A stretch of DNA of 38,415 nt. Source: Sphaeroforma arctica JP610. Lineage: Eukaryota. The notes beneath the pieces were generated by a model, which was not told where the DNA came from, made no database searches, and was given only the letters and a program-made list of their open reading frames with translations. Positions 1-11,141 of the stretch are shown here, piece after piece. Within the stretch, counting starts at the first letter, position 1; each line of letters starts with the position of its first letter. Location of the stretch: the NCBI RefSeq assembly GCF_001186125.1, contig NW_014040185.1, positions 6,487 through 44,901 of the forward strand. The letters are read 5' to 3'. The position numbers and the translations under genes are program-made.

Positions 1-56
1 TGTATGTATGTATGTATGTATGTATGTATGTATGTATGTATGTATGTATGTATGTA
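1..56. repeat. (TGTA)n microsatellite, truncated by the window edge
   Basis: Pure tandem TGTA. Confidence 0.95.
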
Positions 57-169
57 TTCCGTTCTCAAAACCATCAGCTTTGTGTATTGATAGAAACACT
101 CAATTCTATACACCAATTACATCAGCAGAAGCATCCCTCATGCATGTATTTGCATCGATTAAGTTTAAA

Positions 170-496
170 CTAAGCAAACAACACACCTCCGACAGAGTCG
201 CCCCCGGGAATGATACCGTCGGCCTGGGCTGCATCGCGGAATATGCTACTAATCACCATATAAGAAACAACAGGAACTGCAACCTTTCTAACCGGCTGAC
301 TACGCGCACGTGTAACCATAGCAACAGCTTGGTTCTTGATATAGTTGGCACCCGCCTGGACATGTGTATGTGCAGAGTAAGTAGCTCTGGTGGATGCTGA
401 AAAGAATCTTTGGGTGTTCCCTTTAATCGCAAGGCTTTGCAGAACCGCACCGGAGCGACCCGCCAGGAATGATAGCTGGCCTTTCAGATAGCTCAT
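170..496 (-). CDS. Small protein (or first exon) with a mitochondrial presequence-like N-terminus; function unknown
   Basis: ATG at 496. The N-terminus MSYLKGQLSFLAGRSGAVLQSLAIKGNTQRFFSASTRATY is Arg/Ser/Ala-rich with no acidic residues. The segment is GC-richer than its flanks. Possible donor GAG|GTGTGT at 187/186. Confidence 0.4.
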   Translation of the reverse strand: MSYLKGQLSFLAGRSGAVLQSLAIKGNTQRFFSASTRATYSAHTHVQAGANYIKNQAVAMVTRARSQPVRKVAVPVVSYMVISSIFRDAAQADGIIPGGDSVGGVLFA

Positions 497-1408
497 GTTA
501 GCTAGACTGTTGTTGGATGCGAAGTGTTTAACTGTTTACGGGACACGAGTACAATGGGTTTTTCTATATATTGTGACACTAGTAGAGAGAGAGTATGTAA
601 GAGCTATATAAATACAATATAATGTAAATAAATACATTGTTTGTTTGTATTATTGTGTTGTTTTAAAAAAAAATTATACTTTTGTGTGCTCTGTGATGTT
701 TGTCACAAGAATTTTCAATTTTTATTTAGATCAATGATGATGAATAAATACTGGCACTGTGCACTGTGCACTGTGGGCAGTCACTACAGTGTGCACTGTA
801 CAGTCATTGGTTTTTTTAATATAATATTTGTTGCTCCAATTTGAAGGTTATGATTTGTTGCGTTTTAAAAAATATTGCTCTTATTTATATTTATATTAGG
901 TTTATGGAGCGATACGATCTTGCTAAGGTTTTAGGGTTTTGTTCTTCCACCAAATCTAAATATTCATATGACCATATGTACATACTCTAGGTTTTTATTA
1001 ATTCTAAGGTGCCATAATGCCATAGCCTCTTTTCATAGCCCTCTAAAAACACCTCTAAAATGACTTTTCTGACTTTTGGTTTTCCGACCACTAGGTCTGA
1101 CGCATAGGTCTGGCGCGTTCAAATTGCGACTTAAAATTGCGACCACTAAGTCTGACGCTGATGCGTGCGACCGTTAAACTTGATGCTTAGGCGTGTGTCC
1201 CTTACATGTGACGCTTAGTCTTGCGACCGCCAACGATACTTCTCACTATGTTCTCGATCACTTCAACAGTTAAACGATTAACATAGATTGCACGATTGTA
1301 TCAACGATTGTACAACCACCGTACAATTTATTCAAAACACAAGCTGAGTTTGATTCTTAATTCCGTACCCTTCGAGTGCGTATAGAAATCTGAGTCCATA
1401 TGCAAATT

Positions 1409-2374
1409 TTACTTGAATATTTTCTTAAATCTATCTGTGAGTGACTTTTTCTTTGCGGCTGGTTCCTTGGTCTGGGGCAGTATAGATCCTTCTGATTTAC
1501 AATTTAGGTCTGGCAACGAATGCACTAGTTTCAATGTCTGTGGCAGCTGTGTAGATTTACTGCCCATAACTTGAGTCGTATCGGCCCTTTTTCTATTTCC
1601 GACCTTAGTTACTGGGCTCTTCTCCGGCGTATTTGTTGAACTTGAATCAGAGATATAAAATGATTTTCTCCATGCATTCGGCCTAGATGACTTAGTACTT
1701 CTGGTCCTTGACATAGTTTTTTTGCAGTCTGAGAAAACGGATTTCAGCTCACTATAGAAATCCTTATCATACACGTCGATCTGGTATATTAAATCCTTCA
1801 ATATCTCTAAATCCAATCCTTTCATCTCTGACTTATTGGCTAATTTCTGTATAAGGTAGTCAACATACATGGTCACCCATGCCTTCCTATCTAGAGTAGA
1901 GAACGAACTCTGGAGAAAGAATGGTGTCAATGTGGTATGGAGTGTCAAAATCAGCACCCTCCCGAATACCACTTGTGTCTCTACCTTGACACCAAGTTTT
2001 ATATATATCTCGCGAAGACTTTCTATGTCAGCATCAATGCTCTCTTGTGGTGCGTCTTTCATATTCACTAAAAGCGACAACAACTTCCCTAGAAACCTAC
2101 TTTGAGTATCTGGTGAGTCAAAATCCGCCTTGAGATTCGGCAGGTGATTGAATAGCAGATCGAAGTAAACTACGGTGAATCGCATTACAGGATATTCTCC
2201 ATCTAGTACGGACATTTGCGTGACGCGTTTCCATGACTCCCTGATCAATTTCTGGCGACTTGCCTGTGTCTCTTTATCGTCGATAAAACCGGATATGCAT
2301 GTTGAAGGGGAAAGAGCTGCCTTTGTACTGGGATGTGTTGTAATTTCAGAAGGATTCGAATGGCTTTCTATCAT
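1409..2374 (-). CDS. Globin-domain protein (~321 aa) with a Ser/Thr/Lys-rich, probably disordered C-terminal tail; intronless
   Basis: First ATG at 2374 (context AAAATG; the ORF-track start at 2452 is TTG). Globin helix pattern: A QKLIRESW, B FTVVYFDLLF, C/CD HLPNLKADF, E DTQSRFLGKLLSLLV, F/FG LREIYIKLGV, G VFGRVLILTL, H DRKAWVTMY. Confidence 0.8.
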   Translation of the reverse strand: MIESHSNPSEITTHPSTKAALSPSTCISGFIDDKETQASRQKLIRESWKRVTQMSVLDGEYPVMRFTVVYFDLLFNHLPNLKADFDSPDTQSRFLGKLLSLLVNMKDAPQESIDADIESLREIYIKLGVKVETQVVFGRVLILTLHTTLTPFFLQSSFSTLDRKAWVTMYVDYLIQKLANKSEMKGLDLEILKDLIYQIDVYDKDFYSELKSVFSDCKKTMSRTRSTKSSRPNAWRKSFYISDSSSTNTPEKSPVTKVGNRKRADTTQVMGSKSTQLPQTLKLVHSLPDLNCKSEGSILPQTKEPAAKKKSLTDRFKKIFK

Positions 2375-2990
2375 TTTGCTTACTTTTTGCACTACGCTAA
2401 CGATGTAGCGGTGTTTGTTGTTGGGAAGTAGTGTGGGGTATGGATGCTGCAATCGTGAATTTCTTTGTATATATATTCACGCTATCTCTCACCTCTGATT
2501 GTTACAGTGAAAAAAGCTACGTGTATTTATATATGTACACACCGCTCGATAAATAAATAAAAAATTGTTCTTTTTAAAAAACGGTTGGTTAAACAAATTG
2601 CTCTTTATAAAAAAATACGTTTGGTTTTACTTTTTTGGATTTTATTGGTTTTTCATTTTGTTTGTATTGTTTTATTTTTATTTTTGTAAGAGACAAAGAC
2701 CAAAACTCTATCATGCTTTTTTTTTAATTAAAAAATATACTGCTATTTGTACATAAAATAAATTTTTATGGGCCATGTATTCAAGAGTCCTTTTTGACTT
2801 TTTCTTTGAAACATCTTGCGATTCTTGATTAAAGCTCATTACGGTAATATGAGCGTACGAAAAAGAAGTTGAACGTAAACGCACTTTTTTTTTCTTCAAT
2901 TTTATAACATTTTAACGGTTATAATGTGATCAGAAGGGCGTATCTAAATTGTTTTTATGGGACTGGTTCTGGAGTTCTGGACCCCACCAG

Positions 2991-3272
2991 CAGGATTGTT
3001 AAACGGGCAAATGGGCTAAACTGTCCGGGAAAAAAAAGGCTGTCCATGGTATTATGACCTATTTTTGAGGCTGTCCATGTGTCCCATTCGAAAAAGGCCT
3101 GTTGTCCACTGGTAAATTGAGAATCGCCTGGTACAAATTGACCAAAACCATTTGTCCTTTTCAAGATTGATTCCTGCCCGTTTGTTTGGTCCATATAATG
3201 CCCTTTGTCCGGTTGTCCGTAAATGCAAATGGTTGTCCGGACAGGACTTTTCTTGTCCGTTTAACAACCCTG
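2991..3272. mobile_element. Non-autonomous hAT-type MITE (282 bp)
   Basis: TIRs CAGGATTGTTAAACGGGCAA / TTGTCCGTTTAACAACCCTG (18/20 match). Perfect 8-bp TSD CCCACCAG at 2983-2990 and 3273-3280. CAGG termini plus an 8-bp TSD are typical of hAT. Confidence 0.9.
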
Positions 3273-4136
3273 CCCACCAGTTGTGAACTCAGTGACTGAC
3301 AGTCACTGCCCTCTGGCGTCTGGCGTCTGGGCCCTGGCCCTGGGGCCTGGGACCCTGGAGTCCTGGACTGGTGGTGAGCTTGACAGTCCGTATCACGGCA
3401 TATCTGGGCGGTAAAAACTGAACTGGTACATACCTAACTGGTCACTCTCAGACTGGGGTCGAAAAGTTATTGCTTTTCAGTATAAACGTTAAACATTAAA
3501 CTCTAACGCGATACATTCCACACGTTAAAAAGCATATAATTAACGTATACACACCTGACTTATAATCGGCAAAATAAAAAACCAATTTTAATCGGGATCG
3601 TAACGTATTATCCAATGAATGAACGAGATACACGAATTCAAATCCAAAAAAAAATCGTCTATACAAATCGAATCAGGTTTGCGCACTTCCTTCCTGAAAT
3701 ATATAATCTCCAATTGAGTGTCTGACACTCTGACTGGACTCAATGTTACAAGTTGTAATCTTTAAGTAAAATGCGCAGACACCGTGTGTGTCTTTTAACG
3801 TACACTGTGTATACCAACACAGTTACACAATAGACCATTATTATACATACATAATAAATAATTTACTTCACAATAAACAACGAATTCAACACAACTATGA
3901 CAACTAAATATCCGTGTCTTTGGAATCATACACGGACATCACCGTGCATTTATAGATAGCCAACGCCACTATTTTGATGTTTTTTGTACAAGGTATGCAG
4001 ATTTATCCGAAACTTGTGCCGGCAAAAAAAGGTGCAATCGTGGTGCAAACATCTAAGGGCCCATTTGTTAGTGCGGTGAGAAATGATTCTTTACATTCAG
4101 AAGTATCATGCAAAGAATACACGTGACACATTAACA

Positions 4137-4203
4137 AATTGAACAAATAAATATATTGAATAAAGAAATAAATTGAACAAATAAATAAATTGAACAAATA
4201 AAT
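4137..4203. repeat. Short tandem repeat of AAATTGAACAAATAAAT-like units
   Basis: Three to four imperfect copies. Confidence 0.7.
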
Positions 4204-4920
4204 AACATACAGACAATGAGTTTAAAATGACGATTTGTATTAATAAGTGTTTATAGTGTTTTATTGGTTTGTACGCCTTCTATTCCATATGAAACAAAGA
4301 GTGTGATGCTTCATTTCGTATGCTTGTAACAATTATATCTATATTCCCTGGTGATTTATCGATATCTGTATATTTTATTATAAATATGTTTAAGAGTGTC
4401 TATTAATGACGTATGCACAGTATAAGATGTAAATATATTTTTACGAATGTAAACAGTCACTTCTAAAATTGAAAATTGATTTTTTTTTTTTGGCAGCCCT
4501 AAAATATATATGCTCTGCATGACCTGCCAACAAACGAAAACGTTTAAAGATTAACGCTAGCACTCTATTCATTTTTATATATATACAAAATCAAAACAGA
4601 GACAGCAGACTACCGAAGTCCTTGATTCTACTCAATAGAGTCGGGACTCTGGTCACTGGAGTCCCTGTACATATATCGCAAGAGTATGTATGCTCTGAGG
4701 CTCTGGCTCAGGGACTCTGGGAGCCTCTAAGCCTAAGAGCTGGCTCTGATCACAGCGCACACATTGCACACACTGATCTGAGGCCTGAGCACTGTGAAGT
4801 GTGAGGAGTCAGCAGTGATGAGCGAACAGTGAATACTGAACAGTAGTATTTATTTTAAAAATTACAAAGGTGATACACAGACTGAGAGTGATAGTGAACA
4901 TTATTTTTAATTTTTTTTAA

Positions 4921-5095
4921 AACTGTGAACACTGATGACTGAACACTGAACACTGAACACTGAACAGTGAACACTGAAGACTGAACAGTGAACAGTGAAC
5001 AGTGAACAGTGAACAGTGAACAGTGAACAGTGAACAGTGAACAGTGGACAGTGAACAGTGAACAGTGAACAGTGAACAGTGAACAGTGACAGTGA
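4921..5095. repeat. 7-bp satellite (GAACAGT/GAACACT)n
   Basis: About 20 or more tandem heptamers; they explain the spurious TVHCSLF ORF. Confidence 0.95.
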
Positions 5096-5776
5096 TACTG
5101 GTGATTGGTGACTGGTGAGTGGTGAATGGTTGTGGTGAGTGGTGACTGATTGGATGCCTGTTAAACAAGATGGGGCAGTACCATTTGACTAGCGAATTCC
5201 AAATATTTGTCAAAACAAACCTAAAAGATTACAAATATCTCGGGCCAAAAATAGAGATTTTTTAAAAACAAATCTCAAAGAGCGGATAAGAATGATTATG
5301 GACCTTTTTTTTAAAGAAGTGTTTTACTCTTTGTGGTGCCATATGAAATTTGTAAGGTGACCACAACTCCCCCAAAAAAGCTGCGAATCAGTTTTAGCTT
5401 CTTTTCTTTTTTTGTATTATTTTTTTCTTTGATTTTTGTTTTTTTTGTTTTTTTAAAGAACATATAATCCATATACAAAATGTAGACTCTGTATGTAAAT
5501 AGTTATGTGTAAATACATATTTACTCTCGAGTGTCAACTGTCGAGTCTCGAATCTCGATACTCTCGATATTCTCGATACTCGAGTTCTCTCACAGCCTAT
5601 GTAAATATGTATGTATTTTTTATATTTTTTAAAAAACACAACGTACTAAAAAAAATGTGTGTTCATCTGTTCAACTGTTCAAGTGTTCATGCACTTCATT
5701 TGTCGTTGTTGTTTTTTTTTGCGTAGCCCTTGTAAGAATTTAAAGGGCATTTTTGCCCTTTTCGTATACTATATAG

Positions 5777-6057
5777 TATAAGGTCCCTCGAATTTCCCAA
5801 AGTTCGGTCCTTAACATGTCCATGTATATTCGTAGACATCATGCTCTGTTCGTGAATATACATAGACAATTTTAGTATGACCCATGTAGAATGACACTCA
5901 AAAATCATCAGGGCCTGGTTATATACGATTAACCCTGGCTTGGGCCCTGAAATAAAAACCCAATATGAATCTCCAGAATCACGACTCGTCATTCGGGACC
6001 CGCCACTTAAACCGGTCCCAAAACTTCGGAGATTTCTTCATAAAGTCCTCCTTAACA
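5777..6057 (-). repeat. 3' LTR of element A (internally deleted)
   Basis: 5780-5813 matches 18484-18517, 5822-5935 matches 18872-18985, and ATTCGGGACCCGCCA is shared. About 350 bp of the other LTR are missing. The right boundary is less certain. Confidence 0.75.
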
Positions 6058-6815
6058 TCTTCCGGGTCCAAATCCTTCCAAGTCTCAGGGTGATATTTCT
6101 GCAGTGTGGTCAAGAATTGCGATGAATATTTGAACCACACTTCCCCAGACTTCGTTTGAATATATCGTTCGAACCGTTCAGCAATAGCCTGGAACCATTC
6201 AAATGTGTGCAAGTACTCCTTCAGGGTAACTAGTACTTGCACTGGGTCCGACCTGTCTTCTTGGCTGCCGACAGCTAGCTTGTGCTGTTTACGATGGGCT
6301 CCCACATTTCGACCACCTCGTACCCGAACATTGTAATGATCTCCACCATACGGACCACGGACAACGAAAAAGTCTTTCTCAACCCATCCTTGTGTTGTAT
6401 GGAGTCTCGGAACTTCCACACAATGCTACCAACCTCGAGCGGCGCAAGCTCGGTTGCAGTAGCTGTGGCATTTGCAATACGTTTTGCTTGTTCCTTCCTC
6501 AAATTCTTGCGGGCCAAATCCAAGATTTTTCATGAAGTCCCATCTTGACCCCGCATCACTAGTTCAATAGGCGAGTATTCCGATCCTGCATGAGCTGTTC
6601 GGCTATATGCAGGTATCACCTCCCATATACCCTTCGCCGTACCAGAGGCTAAACTCTTGTTCAACCAGTCCTTCATAGTACGGTTGGCCTTCTCAATTTG
6701 ACCATTGGCCTCGTGGCGCTCAACTGTGGTAACATGGACATGTATCGTTAATCGAGCCCAAAAGTCAAAGAAATCGCTGTTATCGAACACCTTGCCTGAG
6801 TCAACGACAATTTCA
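5979..6815 (-). pseudogene. Element A integrase, C-terminal part (frameshifted)
   Basis: EIVVDSGKVF (second catalytic D), HEANGQIEKANRTMK (catalytic E), YSPIELVMRG, and the GPY motif. The reading frame runs into the LTR. Confidence 0.85.
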
Positions 6816-6816
6816 T

Positions 6817-7818
6817 AAGCTGCCCCCTTTGGGATACACATGTTACCTGCGTTATTTCAGCAAATTATGCAATACTTGTTTAGGGACATGGACAATGTAC
6901 AAGTATACATTGACGACATTGTGATGTTCACCAAACCCAAAAAGGAGCACGAAAGGGTTGTGTGAGAGGTTCTAGATAGACTCAACAAGTACAACTTTAA
7001 GGTCAACAGTAAGAAATGACACTTCGATGTTAACGAGATTCAGCTGTTGGGTTACCGAGTATCCGGGGATGGAATCATGATCGATCCCGGGAAAGTCGAC
7101 CACTTGATAGACTGGAGAACTTCTACCACGGGTAAGGATGTCAACAGCATGTGCGGATTCATCAACTTTTTGACTGACGGAGTACCTCACCTGGCAAGTT
7201 ATTTAAAGCCTTTTGGACATTTGAGATATCATAAAGGCAAACTAGGCGCACTGTGGACTAAAGACTGTGATGACGCATCTAAGCAGCTCAAAACAGTGGT
7301 TCAACAGGCACCAGTGGTCCAACCACAAAAGGATGGTATTCCATTCATGGTAGCAACAGACGCGTCCGACATGGCACTCGGCGGCGTCCTGTATCAAATG
7401 ATTGATGGGAAACCAAGATATGGACAGTTCTTTAGCAGGGCTATGAATTCGTCTCAGATCAATTACCCAACCGTGCAATAAGAGCCTTTGGCTATTGTTA
7501 CCGCACTCACTCATTTTAAGGACTATATATATAGCACGCACTTTAACATGCTACAAGCTGCCCCCTTTGGGTTACACATGTTACCTGCGTTCTTTCAGGG
7601 CTATTGTTACTGCACTCACTCATTTTAAGGACTATCTATATAGCACGCACTTTAACGTGCTATGTGATCAGAAATTATTGCAATACCACCTAAAGGACAT
7701 GAAAACTAACTCACAGTTAGTCAGTCTGTGGCATGACACGATCGCAAAATTTTCTTTCGGCATAACACACAAACCAGGTATTCACAATCACTTACCCGAC
7801 ATGTTGTCACGCTTCGTA
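6817..7818 (+). pseudogene. Element B reverse transcriptase (from APFG/YIDD onward) and RNase H
   Basis: AAPFGIHMLPALFQ, VQVYIDDIV, LLGYRVSGDGI, VATDASDMALGGVLYQ, HKPGIHNHLPDMLSR. In-frame stops and an internal duplication are present. Confidence 0.92.
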
Positions 7819-7854
7819 CTAGACTTTAATAAGATGGTTAGGGAGCTACTAGCT

Positions 7855-8232
7855 ACGGATTGGATGGTCAATCCTAGGTGGTTTAAGATCGCAGACAACA
7901 TGTATGTTTGTCGGTCACCATATTACACAACTGCCGAGGTACCGGACACTGGAACACCCGAAAGGAGATGGATTCCAGATTGACTTGTCTAACAAGAATG
8001 CCTGGTGAAATCCTCCATGGTTACTATACCACAGTTGCTAAATTATGTACATATTCAAGATGCTACCATCACGTTGTGTTGTCCCCTAAGACACTCAGAT
8101 AAATGGCTACCACAGTTGATCTCAATGATACAATGTGAGCCGATCTATGTGGATAGAAAGATAGAAAGATCGATACTTTTCTCTACCAGGGTACCCGTGC
8201 AGTCCAAAAGACGCCTTGGCGACATACCATAA
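7855..8232 (+). pseudogene. Dam-like DNA N6-adenine methyltransferase domain embedded in element B pol (two frameshifts, one stop)
   Basis: Manual joining of frames gives TDWMVNPRWFKIADNMY / MFVGHHITQLPRYRTLEHPKGDGFQIDLSNKNAW*NPPWLL / IPQLLNYVHIQDATITLCCPLRHSDKWLPQLISM. NPPW (AATCCTCCATGG) lies at 8009-8020. Confidence 0.75.
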
Positions 8233-8671
8233 TATGTCGAATAGGTCCAGTTGGAACAACCGAGTGGACACCATCCGAGACTTTCGAACAGAAGATTGAG
8301 ATATTTAAGATTCCACTCTTGAATCCTAAGTCTCAATCAGAGATCACCTGCAGTATGTGTTACCGAGATACATCTAAATTCAAAGGAATCAAAGAGGAGC
8401 GCATCACTAGCGAAAGCCTTCTACAACAAATTACGATCTGACAGGGAAACTGCATACCAAGCAGAAACTCGATTGCTTAAGCAATTGATGAATGACTTTC
8501 CCGAGGTATACGATCATGTGACTCAACTAATGGATAGATCAAACAATAGTCGGATTCACGATGTAGAAGCTTTAGGCGAGATTGGACAAGACGAGTCTTC
8601 GAGTCCAGGTGATGACGCGGTGGAATCCTCACCTTCTGATATCAATGTAACAAGTAGTTCACAGTAGGCGA

Positions 8672-9952
8672 TTGAAGTGGTTAAGACAAAATCATGCTCT
8701 TAAGCACGTGGATAAGGTTAGAACTGAGAAAGATTGCAAGAGGTACGGAATCGTACACCCGAACCTCAAGCAATATATATCTCAGGTGTATCACGAATGT
8801 AACAACTGCGAAGTTAACCGGATCAAGCGCTACGGATACACACCTTTACACAGCGTATCAGAAGACGAGCCGTGGCGCCGGGTTATCATTGATTTGGTTG
8901 AGCTACTCACGTCCAAACACACGAAGGATAAATATGTCTGTAATGTGTTTGATATCGCATCAAGATATAATGTATTCTATCCGCTGAAGACAAATCGACA
9001 AAAACTGTGGCTGAGTGCATATATAAGTGCTTCGTAGATTTTGGCTGGCCAGCTATTGTATGTTCCGACAACGGTAGTGAGTTTACAGGAGATGTCATGA
9101 CGACACTGTTACTCGTTGCGGGATCATGCCATAAGATGGGTGTACCTTACAAGCCTCGGACACAGGGTGCGAACGAGGTACGACACAGAAAGATGAAGGA
9201 GTTCATGCGAGCAGCACTACTTGATGATGCTGGCATGTGGCCGTACTCAACCAACTGGGTACAGACACAGATGAACGAATCCCCTGATTCAGTCACTGGT
9301 ACAACACCCGCCCACTATTTCCTAGGCCGTTATAGTGAATTACAGATCCCCTTCATCAAGGAGCCTCAAGATGATCATGTGTTACCATGGTTAGAGAAGA
9401 TGCGTCGGGCCAGTAATGTGGTCTATTCTTGTTTAAGGGCGATGAAGGTCATCGCTCTCAAGAAGAGACAAAATGCGATGGAATGATACCAAGAAAATAG
9501 TCGAGTTTGAGGTAGGCGATATAGTCAACATTATGGCTCGTAACTCCAATACAACTGTGCTTACGGCTAAATTTATTGGACCATTTATGATCTCTGTGGC
9601 CGATAAGAAGAGCGGAACGTATGAAGTTAACAACGTTGACGGCTCTAGTGCCTTAAATATCGGGTCACATCGAATCACTACGACAGAGAACATCCTTCAT
9701 CGCACACGTGAAGCTACTACACCTCTTATGTCTTACGAGTTTAAGAAGATTCTAGGGAAGTACAAACATGAGGATATGACATATTACACTACGGAGTTCG
9801 CCGATGGAGCACAGTATGATCTTCCACCATCAGCATTTGATGATCCCGATGTACTAAAGGCTTTTAATAAGAAGTTTCGCAAATACTTACACAAAAATAA
9901 GACTGATGCAGAAACAATATTATCATCGCATAAGCGACCTGAATTGGTTTAG
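8672..9952 (+). pseudogene. Element B DDE integrase with HHCC finger, GPF motif and chromodomain-like C-terminus
   Basis: NHALKH...CNNC, PWRRVIIDL, CSDNGSEF, PRTQGANE, KFIGPF, YEFKKILGKYKHEDMTYYTTEFADG...AFDDPDVLKAF. Frameshifts near 9000 and 9480. Confidence 0.9.
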
Positions 9953-10261
9953 ATCTATCCACAGACATCATACATACATTCCCAGCTTTAAACAGCATGG
10001 ATTGTATGTACCTCCAAAAGGCATTAAGAAACGTCCCATCCACCATCGGGGACCACAAGGACCAAAGCCTAACAAACGTAATAGAGTAACCTTGTAACTT
10101 ATAACGTCTAAGTATACTTTGTCTACGAGAATATAACATAAGCATTGAGGCCGTCATATGATCGAAACCCGTTTCTTTTCTTTTCGCTTGTACAATTCGT
10201 GTGGGCCTTTTGAGTCTATGTGCTAATACCACGTATAAGCCAACATTGTAATTTTCAAGCT

Positions 10262-10270
10262 GAGGGGGGG
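10262..10270 (+). other. Polypurine tract of element B
   Basis: GAGGGGGGG lies 3 nt upstream of the LTR start TG at 10274. Confidence 0.85.
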
Positions 10271-10273
10271 CTA

Positions 10274-11141
10274 TGTAAAAAATATCGGGTTCCTAATAGT
10301 AGTTGCACAGTTACCGTATCTTATAAATGCATAAACGTATTAACGTTTATACTTATAATACTAGATTACGTTTAACGAATTGGACATGAAAAAGAACTGA
10401 GAAATTCAAAATTCTGAACACGAGACAATACTCAGTAGAGTATGGGACTCTACTGTGGACACTTCGGTGGCTTTCCAAATATAGATTGGGTTTTCCACTG
10501 AAATTAGAATTGTACATAAGATAGGAACGACATCAATCTGACACCTGAAAATGACACTTTGGGAATCTCTAATTAAAAAGAGTACCATGAGACAGGGTCT
10601 CAGGCATAAAATAGTTGTAGGTACAAACCTATGGTATAATTCGATAATGATCTCAGAGCAAGATAATCCACTGAGAACAGGATCAGAGTTGTTAGAATTT
10701 AGGTCAACCTGTTTTGATTCCTTCTAGCCAGCCAACTAGATGTGCCCATCTATGCCTTAAATGGGATGGGGAGCTAGGTACCAAGTGATGGGGTCTAGGT
10801 GCAGATGTATACTACACCAGCTTGGTGTTTTGATTTTCTTTTTATTTTCTTAAGTTGGGATTTAGAGGTATTTTATTGGCTAGTTTGATTGGATGATTGT
10901 TTCGAGGCGTGAAATGTAAACTATGCGTCCAATGAAATGATATCTAGTCTTAGTAACTAAAATATAAATAAATCTAGGCCGAAGTAGTGAGTGATTAAAG
11001 CGGAGCATATAGACAATAGTATCAGTCTAAAATCCCATAATCTTTTGCTCATTACTAAGGGCTGAAGCTAAACTTATTTAACATTTTGCATTTAAACGTA
11101 TTAACGTATTGTCTTATTAACGTAAACCTTTTGACTTTACA
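10274..11141 (+). repeat. 3' LTR of element B (~868 bp)
   Basis: Follows the PPT. TGTAAA...TTTACA are perfect terminal inverted ends. Element C RT sequence resumes right after 11141. Confidence 0.8.

Larger units (their letters stand above)
6816..11141 (+). mobile_element. Ty3/gypsy (chromovirus-like) element B, 5'-truncated: RT-RH-MTase-INT-chromo-PPT-3'LTR
   Basis: Plus-strand pol motifs in gypsy order, then the PPT GAGGGGGGG and an LTR bounded by TGTAAA...TTTACA. Confidence 0.88.

Noticed and set aside
5520..5590. CTCGA-rich cluster, and similar CTGG (3311-3370) and CACTGTG (755-805) clusters
   Set aside because: They look like slippage-derived low-complexity sequence; no support for a regulatory role.
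9906..10232. Short ORFs between the element B integrase and the PPT as env-like or extra genes
   Set aside because: Too short, with no signal peptide, transmembrane segment or recognisable motif.
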